Origin: Dictyostelium discoideum
Taxonomy: Eukaryota
Direction: 5' to 3'
Length of the DNA: 64,000 nucleotides
Assembly: GCA_000004695.1 (NCBI GenBank)
Contig: CM000151.3
Location: 4,064,001 to 4,128,000 of the forward strand
The notes under the pieces are model-generated. The model was given only the letters and a program-made list of their open reading frames with translations, ran no database searches and had not been told where the DNA came from. Shown in pieces: positions 17,769 through 27,902 of this stretch (within the stretch, counting starts at the first letter, position 1; each line of letters begins with the position of its first letter). The position numbers and the translations under genes were made by a program.

Positions 17769-19274
17769 ATGAAAAGTTTAAGAAATTCATATAGTATATT
17801 GTTAAAAATAGTGATAATATCAACTTGTTTATTACTTTTAATAAATATTGCATTAATATATGAAGATCCAAACCTTATAGATTCAAATTGTAAAACGACA
17901 ACAACAATAACAAAAACTCAAAATAATAAAAATAATAAAGGTTTAGAAAACTTAAATAAAAGTAAAAAAAAGTTATTATTAATTTTAGATTATAAATTAT
18001 TTAATGAAGATACTTATATGAAATCGTTTAGTGAGTGTACATCAATAACAAATCAACCACAATGTGGATTTACAACGGATATTTCATTAGCTAATGAATC
18101 TGATGGTATTTTATATTTTATACCAAGAACTACTAAAAAGAATTATAATCGTAGTTATACAAGTGTTCATAGGACTTCAGAGAAACAATTATTCTTTGGT
18201 TGGTCAATGGAATCACCATCAATGTATCCACTTGAAAATGATGATACACATTTATCATTGAATTATAATGTCACGATTGGGTATCCATTAAATGATTATC
18301 AAAAATATGGTGCTGGTGTTAGTGATGAAGAATATGAAGAAAAAGATATCCAATCGTCACATATTTATACACCATACGGACCTGTGCCATTCAAAGGTTC
18401 AGATCATTATTCTTATTTATTTAAATTTGGTAAATTAAAAGAAATACCAAAGAAAAGGGACTCCAATATAATGTGGATGGCAGGTAATTGTAGGAATCAA
18501 AAATTAGGTAGAACTAAATTAGTTAAACAAATGATGCGATTCACCACCATCGATTCCTATGGTAAATGTTTACATAATAAAGATCTAAAAGTGAACTATG
18601 GTCCAAACGTTTTATTAAGGTCATTACAAAAACTCAAAATTTTAAGAAAATATGATTTCGTTGTTGCCATTGAAAATAGTAGATGTGAAGATTATGTAAC
18701 TGAAAAACTTTGGGAACCTCTAAGTGTTGGCACAATTCCAATTTATTTAGGCGCTACAAATATCGATGAATTCTTACCACACCCAGACGCCATAATCAAT
18801 ATTGCCAACTTTAATTCAATCAATCATTTAATGAAATATGTTAGAGATGTTGGTCTAAATGAAACTTTAAGAGAGAAACATTTGGCATGGATAAAAAAAC
18901 CTTTACCAAAGAAATTTAAAAATCTATTAAATCAATCTTTAAATAATCAAAATTTATTTTGTTCAATTTGTAAGAAATTAGTAAATTTAGATAATAATGA
19001 TAATATAAACTATACACCATTATCTAAACCTTTTAAACAATGTATTGAAGGTAAATTCACTTTACCAATTTATACTGAAGAGGAAAAAGAAAGAGGTAGA
19101 CTTTTAAGATTACAAAAACAACAAGAACAAGAGAAATTAGAACTACAAAATAATAATGATAATTATACCAATGATAATGAAGAAGAAGAAGAAGAAGAAG
19201 ATAATGATAGTGGTAATGATAGTGGTAATGATAGTGGTAATGATAGTGGTAATAATGATAGTAATAGTATATAA
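17769..19274 (+). CDS. Alpha-1,3-fucosyltransferase-like (GT10), type II membrane protein, single exon
   Basis: N-terminal signal anchor (ILLKIVIISTCLLLLINIALIY). The GT10 signature region reads ...YDFVVAIENSRCEDYVTEKLWEPLSVGTIPIYLGATNIDEFLP..., matching the FucT motif (FxLAFENSxxxDYITEKxW...G.VPVxLG). The acidic C-terminal tail has a DSGN repeat. Confidence 0.75.
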   Translation: MKSLRNSYSILLKIVIISTCLLLLINIALIYEDPNLIDSNCKTTTTITKTQNNKNNKGLENLNKSKKKLLLILDYKLFNEDTYMKSFSECTSITNQPQCGFTTDISLANESDGILYFIPRTTKKNYNRSYTSVHRTSEKQLFFGWSMESPSMYPLENDDTHLSLNYNVTIGYPLNDYQKYGAGVSDEEYEEKDIQSSHIYTPYGPVPFKGSDHYSYLFKFGKLKEIPKKRDSNIMWMAGNCRNQKLGRTKLVKQMMRFTTIDSYGKCLHNKDLKVNYGPNVLLRSLQKLKILRKYDFVVAIENSRCEDYVTEKLWEPLSVGTIPIYLGATNIDEFLPHPDAIINIANFNSINHLMKYVRDVGLNETLREKHLAWIKKPLPKKFKNLLNQSLNNQNLFCSICKKLVNLDNNDNINYTPLSKPFKQCIEGKFTLPIYTEEEKERGRLLRLQKQQEQEKLELQNNNDNYTNDNEEEEEEEDNDSGNDSGNDSGNDSGNNDSNSI

Positions 19275-19662
19275 TATTAATTTATTATAAATTGTAATAA
19301 AAATAAAATAAAATCCTTTTAAAATCATTTAAATAATTATCTACTTTTTTAATTTTTATTCATAAATATTTAATACTTTTAATTTTTTTCTTTTGATCCA
19401 TGTGTCTGGAAAATATGAGATGCTTTACCAATTGATGCAGGTTTGATTCAAGTATTTGATCCCTCATTATATGACAAACTTGTTGATTAGAATCAACTGG
19501 CAAATACCATCTACAATATTAAAAAATTGATTAATCATCAGTTAATTTTTCCTTATTGACCACCCAATACTTCAATATTTATAAAATAAAAAATTAATAT
19601 TATGTAAAAATGTTAAAAATAATATAATTTTTATTTAATTTTTTAATAAATTCATTATTGAG

Positions 19663-19696
<34 letters not shown>

Positions 19697-20609
19697 ATGA
19701 TAATCAACCAACTTTTTTAACCCCGTTGCTGTCTCAAAATTTTATTACCAAAATTGGATTTTTTTTTTTTTTTTTTTAAAATAATGGAATTTTTATTTTT
19801 ATTTTTTATTTATTAATTTTTATTTTGTGGATCTATTAATTAAGAAATTATTTTTTTATATTTCCCATTGAACATGATCAGAATTTATTTTATAATGAGG
19901 CTACTCAATATTAAAATACTTTTATACACACAAAACAATCCACAAAAAAAATAAAAAATGAAACCGAACCTTTAATTATTTAATTTATTGAAACCATGTT
20001 TAAGTCGGAAAAGGACTGAAAAACTCGGTAATTATAGAGATGGTGAGCAAACTCATCATTGATGGTGATTCAAGTCTTAATAGTCCTTTCTTTAATTTGT
20101 CAATCTCATTTCAAATTAAAGAAATTCCCTTTTGAATAGGCGGAGTAGCATGTCAAACGATCCAACACCTAATAAACACAAAGAAATACTTTTTTTAAAA
20201 CATTTTGAAATACTGGATATTAAAAAAAAAAAAAACAAAAACATTTTAAAAAACAATAAAAAAGTATCATTTAAAAAATAAAACCCAAGGAAATTCTTTT
20301 AATTGGTCTTAAAAAACTCCACGTGAATAGTAAATTATTGTTTTTTTTTATATTTATATATTTATTTATTTTTTTATTTTTTAATATATATTTTTAATTT
20401 TTATTTTTCATTTTTTTTAATGATTTAAAATGTTTATTAAATTTTGAAAAAGATAGGAAGATGGTTTTTTTCTTTTTTTTTTTCTTTTTTTTTTTTAAGA
20501 TATTATTAAATCATTTGCTAGATCTTGGTTTGGATATTTAACAATAATAGGAAACTTATGATGAATAGAAAATTGCTAATAAAAAATTTGAAAATAATTA
20601 CAATGGACA

Positions 20610-20652
20610 GTTGACAGGGTTTTTAATCTGTGATATTTGCTGTAAGGTCAAC
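20610..20652 (-). ncRNA. Class I RNA gene (Dictyostelium-specific small ncRNA, 43 nt): 5'-GUUGACCUUACAGCAAAUAUCACAGAUUAAAAACCCUGUCAAC-3'
   Basis: The minus-strand sequence has a 6-bp terminal stem (GUUGAC/GUCAAC) directly followed by an exact copy of the conserved 11-nt class I motif CCUUACAGCAA. The length fits the 42-65 nt class. A DUSE lies about 60 nt upstream. Confidence 0.6.
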
Positions 20653-20711
20653 TTATTATTTACATATACTTTTAATTTTAAAAAAGTGTTTATTTTGAAA
20701 TAAATTGAACT

Positions 20712-20719
20712 TTGTGGGA
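20712..20719 (-). promoter_or_regulatory. DUSE (Dictyostelium upstream sequence element, TCCCACAA) about 60 nt upstream of the class I RNA 5' end
   Basis: Plus-strand 'ttgtggga' equals minus-strand TCCCACAA, matching the [A/T]CCCA[C/T]AA consensus at the canonical ~-63 position. Confidence 0.5.
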
Positions 20720-20930
20720 TAATCATAAAAAAAAAAAATAACAACATTTCAAATTACCAAAAAAAAAAAAATATAAAATTTAAATTAAAATAAAATAAAT
20801 AAATTATTTATTTTTTATTTTAATTTTTTTTGAAAATCAGAATTATTTATTTTGAAACTATTATTATTTTTCATTGTTTAAAAAAAAAAAAAATTATATA
20901 TTTAATTAAGTAAAATGAAAAATATTTACA

Positions 20931-20972
20931 GTTGACAAAGGTTTAACTTAGAAGGTTTGCTTTAAGATCAAC
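20931..20972 (-). ncRNA. Second, divergent class I-like RNA copy (42 nt; 5'-GUUGAUCUUAAAGCAAACC...UUUGUCAAC-3'), possibly a pseudogene
   Basis: About 80% similar to the first copy over ~65 bp. The terminal stem is retained but the 11-nt motif is degenerate (CUUAAAGCAA), and only a DUSE-like ATCCCAACC lies ~85-90 nt upstream. Confidence 0.3.
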
Positions 20973-21256
20973 TTTTTAACAATTAATTTTTTTCAAATTT
21001 TTTTTTGAAATTTTTTAAATAAAAAAACTTTTCATTATATTTAACAACAAATTTAAGGTTGGGATCTTAAAATAATAATGATAATAATAAATAAAGCTAT
21101 ACAATAAATTGGGGGGTGGTATAATAACTCAAAAAAATAATAATTTGCGTATATTTATTATTTTATAATAATTTAAAAAAATGAAATAAATAATAATTAT
21201 TTAATTGGGTGGTAAAAATAAAAATAAAAATAAATATATAAATATAATATTATTAT

Positions 21257-21293
<37 letters not shown>

Positions 21294-21598
21294 CTAAAAT
21301 AGATGTAAATTACAATTTAATAATTGTGTGGTGGTTAGATTAATGCAAGAATACATTTTTATTTGTCATCTACCATATTTATTATTATTATAATACAATA
21401 CTAATAATTAGTATATTTTTTAATTCAATTTTGATTCAAATTACTTCAATTTATTTTTTATTTTTTTTTTTTTTTTTTTAAAAGAGTATAAATTAGATTA
21501 AAAAAAAAAAAAAAAAAAACAAAACTAATTTTTCATTTTCATTACACAAACATTTATTTTTAAAATTTTTTTTAATATATAATTAATATAATCATAAA

Positions 21599-22167
21599 AT
21601 GGCAGGAGTATGTTTGTGAAAAAAAAATAATAAATAAAAAAAAATAAAAAATTAATAAAAACTAACTAATAGTATTTTTTTATAAATTTTATAAGCCATG
21701 GACTATTGAACCAGGAAAAAATCACGGTGGTATCCCAACTTGGTAATAATTTTTTTTTAGAATTGTCCTTTTTTCCTGTTAATTTACAATTATTATTACT
21801 TTTTTCTAAACTTTTTTTTTTTTTTTTTTTTTTATTAATAGGGCATGGCCAAGATCAACAACAGTACATGTACAAGTTGTAGGAGGTGGAAGAGGAAGAG
21901 TTCGTATGCAAGCTGGGTATGACTTTTTTAATTTGCAAAAAAAAAAAAAAAAAAAAAAATCACCCCCCCTTTGTTTCGCACTTTAAAACTAACATTCTAA
22001 TTATTTTTTTCATTTTATATTATTTTTTTTTATTCTGGAAATAAAGTGCATCACCAGATGAAGATAATGATGTTAATGGAGAAACTTCCTTTAGTAGAAG
22101 TTTTGGTGGTTCCAGATTGAATGTTACCAACATTGGTAGTAGAACATTAAAAGTTTGGACAGCATAA
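21599..22167 (+). CDS. Small 83-aa Gly/Arg-rich hypothetical protein; 4 exons join(21599..21607, 21696..21742, 21842..21916, 22047..22167)
   Basis: A 9-nt first coding exon ATGGCAGGA is followed by GTATGT. The remaining junctions are ttataag|CCATGG...ACTTG|GTAATA, aatag|GGCATGG...GCTGG|GTATGA and ataaag|TGCATC...GCATAA. All phases are consistent, giving MAGPWTIEPGKNHGGIPTWAWPRSTTVHVQVVGGGRGRVRMQAGGASPDEDNDVNGETSFSRSFGGSRLNVTNIGSRTLKVWTA. No family assignment. Confidence 0.5.
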
Positions 22168-22544
22168 ATTTAATCTCAAATTTATAATTTTTTATAGATT
22201 ATTAATTAAACAAATAAATTAATAATAATAATTCACACATTATGACCCACATCAATTAATTAATTCTTTTGATAGAATAAAAAATAAAATAAAAAAATAA
22301 AAAATTTTTAACCACACACTCACACACAAAATTAAAAAAATGTTGTTTTAATTTATTGTTTTTTTTTTTATTTTTAATCAGAAATATTTGACCAAAGGGT
22401 GACTCTTTTATCGAAACTACAAGAAGTTAATAAAAGGTTATCAGGTGTGGGATAATAAAAAATTATTTATTTTCAAGTATTTCAAAAAAATTAAAAATAA
22501 AAAAATAAGTTTTTTTTTATATCCAATAATGGAAATTTTATTTT

Positions 22545-22590
22545 ATTTTATTTTATTTTGTTTTGTTTTGTTTTGTTTTGTTTTGTTTTT
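22545..22590. repeat. (GTTTT)n pentanucleotide repeat
   Basis: 'ttttgttttgttttgttttg...' seen in the sequence. Confidence 0.85.
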
Positions 22591-22769
22591 ATTTTTATTT
22601 GTATTAATTCACTCTGTAAAAAAAAAAAAAAAATAAAAACATTAAAATATTATTTCAAAAAAATAAAAGTTTTAGTTATCTTTAAATTAATCACAATTGG
22701 GTCTAGTAATAGTATATAAAATTGTAAATATTAAAAAAATAATAAAATAAAATTGTAATTTTAAAAAAA

Positions 22770-22816
<47 letters not shown>

Positions 22817-23032
22817 GGAATTATTTCTTTTTTATTATTGATTATTATTATTATTATTATTATTGTTAACTATTTTGTTCCCAATATTTTTTATAAATAA
22901 TTTCCATTTTAATTAATTTATTTGAAATTTCAATTGATTGATTAATTGCTATAAAAAAAATGAAAAAAAAAAAAAAAATGAAAAATTAATATTTTTCTTT
23001 TTTTGATTATTATTTTTTTAAAATTAATAAAA

Positions 23033-23964
23033 TTATTTACCTTGTTTAAAATAAGATTGAGATTGTTTTAAAGAAGTTGGAGTTGAAATACCAAACCAAT
23101 ATATTGGATCTTTTCTTATAATTTTTTTATTTGCTTTTAATTTCTTTTTTTGTTGTTGTTTTTTCACTTTTTCTTGAAATATTTTTTGTTTTTCCTCTTC
23201 AGTTAAGTTTGGATTATTTTCAAAACTATTATCATTATCTTCATCCTCTTCATCTGTATCTGATTCGTCATCATCGTCATCATCACTTGAATTATCATTA
23301 GTTGAACAATTATTTAATAATGATTCTAATGAACCCATTGTGGTAACTCCATTTGATGAGGTTTTAATAATTGGTTCTTTTGAATTTACATTTCTTCTTC
23401 TAGTTGTTGTTGTCGTTGATGATGATTGTTCTTTACTATTTTTATTATTACCTATGCTGCTATCATTATTTGATTTTGCCTGTTTATTGTTGTCATTATA
23501 TTGTATAGATAAAAAAGTATCATCTTTTGTGTCATAACTATATTTACAATCTTCTCTATATATGTATATATTTATGTTTAAATGTTGTAAAAATTATATA
23601 TATTAATAAATAAGGAAAAATACCAAACTAAAATCATATATGTCTAAAAATGTACATTTTCACATTAAACAATGGTTTCATATTTTCTGGATATTGTAAT
23701 TCACCTAATGATTTTTGACCCATTGAGTATTTAGATTTGCTTATTAGAAAATAACCCTATATATATGTATTTTTTTTTTTTTTTGTAGATGTTAGTATTA
23801 CGGAATTATTAATTCAAAAAAAAAAAAAAAAAAAAAAAGTGATAAATTTATATATTTACATTTTTTAAGTTTTCATTAAATTGGTCTCTTAATATTGTTA
23901 ATTGTTCATATTCATTTAAATATTCAATAATTAACTCTTCATTTCCATCTTTGTTACTAACCAT
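23033..23964 (-). CDS. Vma22/CCDC115-like V-ATPase assembly factor (~242 aa); 3 exons complement(join(23033..23555, 23656..23756, 23860..23964))
   Basis: Exon 1 MVSNKDGNEELIIEYLNEYEQLTILRDQFNENLKN ends at |GTAAAT. The intron has a TACTAAC branch motif and acceptor atatatag|. Exon 2 reads GYFLISKSKYSMGQKSLGELQYPENMKPLFNVK, donor AT|GTACAT. Exon 3 runs in frame through ORF 23033..23338. The C-terminus ...RKDPIYWFGISTPTSLKQSQSYFKQGK matches the CCDC115/Vma22 signature ([21 protein letters not shown]). Confidence 0.55.
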
Positions 23965-24246
23965 TTTCAAAAAAAAAAAAATAAAAAAATAAAAAAAAAA
24001 AGGTTTATATGTATACAAATAAAATTTTAAATTAAAATAAAAAAAATAAAAAAAAAAAAAAAAAAAATTTTTACTTTTTTTCAATTTAATTTTATTTTAT
24101 TTTGTTTTAAACACACAAAACCACTTTTTTTTAATGAAAAACCAGGGAATAAAAAGTTTTTTTTTTTTTTTTTTTAAATTAATAAATTTTTTCAGATTCA
24201 AAAACAAAAATACAAGTTAAAAATAAATAAATAAATAAATAAATGA

Positions 24247-24869
24247 ATGAATGTCGACGATATATATGCTGATATTATAATTGAAAGTGAAAATGATCAA
24301 GAAAATGATATGAAACAATCTGATGAAAATTCACAATCACCAACATTAAAAGAAGATCATCATAATAAAATTAAAGAGTTTGAAGAAATTATAGAAAATA
24401 ATCTCAAAGAGATTTCAAACCTCAAAAAAGAAATTGAATCAAAAGATAATGAAATTGAAACTCTATCTAAACAAGTAAGTAAAATTAAATATAATTTCAG
24501 TTATATATTTATATAATAGAAAAATAAAAAAATAAAAAAAATAAAACTAAAAACAAAACATAATATTAATTTATTTTATTTTTTTTTATTTTATTTTAAA
24601 AAAAAATAATAAATAAAAAATTAAACAATTGTTGAAAATAAAAAATAAAATTTTAAAAAAAAAAAAAAAGATGACATTCCAAAAAAGTAAATGAAATATT
24701 ATTAAAAAACATTTCATGCTTGTTTAAGACATCATTATTAGAAATACAAAGAAAAGAAAAGGAAATAAATAGTTTAAGAGATGAATTATCAAATAGTAAT
24801 AAAAAAGTTCAATCGTCTAACCCTGCAAATAACCGTCAACACATAAATTATGAAATGCCTAAAAAATAA
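24247..24869 (+). CDS. Small coiled-coil protein (~122 aa); 2 exons (24247..24474, 24729..24869), intron GTAAGT...TTTAAG
   Basis: ORF 24247 ends ...ETLSKQ|GTAAGT. The acceptor cttgtttaag| opens TSLLEIQRKEKEINSLRDELSNSNKKVQSSNPANNRQHINYEMPKK*. It is divergently oriented to the Vma22-like gene, about 280 bp apart. Confidence 0.45.
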
Positions 24870-25161
24870 AATAAAATAGATCAAATTACAAAAAAAAAAA
24901 AAAAAAAAAAAAAAAATTTAATAAAAATAAAAAAATAGTTTTTTTTTTTTGATTTAGATATTTTCAATCATTGTTAAATTGATTTTACGGGGTTATTTTT
25001 TCACGGGTTTAAAAAAAAACAACTTTCATAGGGGAATCAATAAAAAAAAAAAAAAAAAATTTTTATTTTAAATTTTAATTTTATTAATTTTTTTTTTTTT
25101 TTTTTTTTGAACACACATTTTTATTTTTATTTTATTTTATTTTTTTTTTTTAATTTTTTTT

Positions 25162-25195
<34 letters not shown>

Positions 25196-25270
25196 GGTTT
25201 AATATTTAATAATATCAAGTTTACATTTTATTCCTTTTTTTTATACACTCTCAACCTATTCAAATATAAT

Positions 25271-27779
25271 ATGACTGGTAGGTTATTCAAATTTATTAAT
25301 TTTTTTTTTATTTTTTTTTTTTTATTTTTTTTTAATTCTCAGATTTTTTTTTATTTTTTTATTTTTTTTTATTTTTTTATTTTTTTTTATTTTTTGGCTT
25401 TTTTTATTTTTTATTTTTTTATTTTTTTTACTTTAAATAATAGGACTAACCTTTTTTGGTTAAAATTTTTTTTTTTTTTTAAAAAAATCAAAAAAAAAAA
25501 AAAAATTAGATTATAGTAAAGCAACAGATGGTACAAAGGTTATTCATGATGATCCATGGTTGGAACCATATAAAGAAGTAATTAAAAGAAGACATAATCA
25601 AGTTAAAAATACCATTCAAAAATTGGAAGAAAGTGAAGGTAGTTTATTAAAATTTTCTCAAGGATATGAATACTTTGGTTTCAATGTTACAAAAGATGGT
25701 GTAAACTATAGAGAATGGTTACCATCTGCTCATGAAGTTTATTTAGTTGGTGATTTCAGTATGTATTTTTAAATTTTTAAAAAAAATTAATTTTATTTTT
25801 ATTTTTTTTTTATAAAATAAAATAAAATAAAATAAAATAAAAAAAAAAATATATATAAAAAAAAAAAAAATAAAATAAAATTAAAATTAATTATTTTAAA
25901 AATTTGAAATCCATACAGATCAATGGAATAAAACAAGTCATCCACTTGAAAGAGATAATTATGGTAGATGGAGTATTTTCATTCCAAATAATTCAAATGG
26001 TGAATGTGCAATTCCACATGGTTCAAAAATTAAAGTAAGTTTTTATTTTATTTTATTTTATTTTTATTTTTATTTTTTGATTCTAATTGGGTTTTTTTTT
26101 TTTTTTTTTTTTAGATTTATTTAAAATTAGCAAATGGTAATTTTGATTATAGAATACCAGCATGGATTAAAAGAGTTGAACAAACCAAAGAGAATCCAGT
26201 ATTTGATGGTGTATTTTGGAATCCAAGTAAACAATATGTATTTAAGAATAAATCACCAATGAAACCAACAGAGTTGAGAATTTATGAAGCACATGTTGGT
26301 ATGTCAAGTGAATTACCAGAGATATCAACATACAGTAAATTCAAGGATACTGTATTACCAATGGTGAAGGAGTTGGGATACAATTGTATTCAGTTGATGG
26401 CAGTTATGGAGCATGCCTATTATGCATCGTTTGGTTATCAAGTGACAAATTTCTTTGCAATCAGCAGTAGATTTGGCACACCGGAGGAGTTGAAAGAGAT
26501 GATTGATAAAGCACACGAGATGGGATTGTTGGTGTTTTTAGACGTTGTTCATAGCCATGCATCAAAGAATGTGTTGGACGGTCTCAATCAATTGGACGGC
26601 ACCGATCATCATTACTTTCACTCGGGTGGTCGTGGAAATCATGAGTTGTGGGATAGCAGATTATTCAATTATGGCAATTGGGAGGTGATGAGATTCCTTT
26701 TATCGAATTTACGTTTCTACGTTGACGAGTATCATTTCGATGGATTCAGATTCGATGGTGTAACAAGCATGATTTACACTCATCATGGTTTATCACCAGC
26801 ATGCTCATACGACGACTATTTCGGTGGTGCTGTCGACGAGGATGCGTTAAATTATCTCACTTTGGCAAATGTTATGCTCCACACATTGAATCCATCAATT
26901 GTCACCATCGCAGAGGAAGTCACTGGTTTAGCAACACTTTGTCGTCCATTTAGTGAGGGTGGTGGTGATTTCGATTACCGTTTAGCTATGGGTATACCTG
27001 ATAAATGGATCGAATTGGTCAAGGAGAAAAAAGATGAAGATTGGAATATGGGTACTATCGCTCACATGCTATCGAATCGTCGTTACAAGGAGAAGAATAT
27101 AGCATACGCCGAATCACATGATCAATCATTGGTGGGTGATAAAACTTTGGCATTCTGGTTAATGGATAAGGAAATGTATACAAATATGTCTGTCACAACC
27201 GAAGAGACTCCAATCATTGATCGTGGTATGTCTTTACATAAGATGATTCGTTTGATCACTTCTTCATTGGGTGGTGATGGTTATCTAAATTTTATGGGTA
27301 ACGAGTTTGGTCACCCAGAATGGGTGGATTTCCCACGTGAAGGTAATAACAATAGTTTACATCATGCTCGTCGTAGATGGGACCTCTATAGAAATCCATT
27401 ATTAAGATATAAACAATTACGTGACTTTGATATTGCAATGAATAAAGCTGAACAAGAATTCCGTTGGTTATCTTCCGATTTCGCTTATATCTCTTTGAAA
27501 CATGAAGATGATAAAATCATAGTTTTCGAACGTGCTTCTCTTATCTTTATCTTTAACTTTCATCCATCTAAAAGTTTCTCTGATTATAGAATTGGTTCTG
27601 GTGTACCAGGTAAATTTATAAATGTTTTAGATTCTGATCGTAAAGAATTTGGTGGTCATGTTCGTATTGGTAAAGATAATTATCATTATACTGAAGATAA
27701 ACCATGGCATGATAGAAAATATTCTTTATTAATTTATATTCCATCAAGAACTTGTTTAGTTTTAAAAAAAGTTGATTAA
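25271..27779 (+). CDS. glgB: 1,4-alpha-glucan (glycogen) branching enzyme, GH13; 4 exons join(25271..25277, 25510..25758, 25919..26034, 26115..27779)
   Basis: Exon 1 ATGACTG|GTAGGT. Exon 2 (M T)[34 protein letters not shown]...LVGDF matches the GBE1 N-terminus; donor A|GTATGT. Exon 3 [39 protein letters not shown]|GTAAGT. Exon 4 [23 protein letters not shown]... continues into ORF 26259..27779 ([45 protein letters not shown]...[10 protein letters not shown]...GNEFGHPEW). Strong identity to human GBE1 throughout. Confidence 0.9.
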
Positions 27780-27902
27780 AATAATAATAATAATAAAATA
27801 AAATAAAATAAAAAAATAAAAAATAAAATAAAATATAATATAGTATAATATTTTTTTAAAAATAAAATATTTTTTATTATTTTTTTATTATTATTGTTTT
27901 GT

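Noticed and set aside
19380-20180. A 57-codon open minus-strand frame (19380..19550; ...YLPVDSNQQVCHIMRDQILESNLHQLVKHLIFSRHMDQKK) and a GC-richer block at 19980..20180 downstream of the fucosyltransferase gene
   Set aside because: No upstream exon with a usable donor or start codon could be found, and plus-strand ORFs there are under 35 aa. It is more likely 3' UTR or chance. Kept only as a note.
25193-25516. ORF 25193..25516 (MGLIFNN...poly-F) upstream of glgB
   Set aside because: A poly-T run read in one frame. The real glgB 5' exon is the 7-nt ATGACTG at 25271..25277, spliced to 25510.
25560-25625. Apparent 1-nt frameshift in glgB exon 2: my reading of 'caaaattgg' has 4 A's where the ORF track's translation (...TIQKLEES...) needs 5; there is a similar +1 offset at 25515
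   Set aside because: This is most likely my miscount of homopolymer lengths in the printed sequence. The ORF-track frame gives a perfect, phase-consistent exon (249 nt), so no biological frameshift is claimed. Coordinates here carry +/-1 nt uncertainty.
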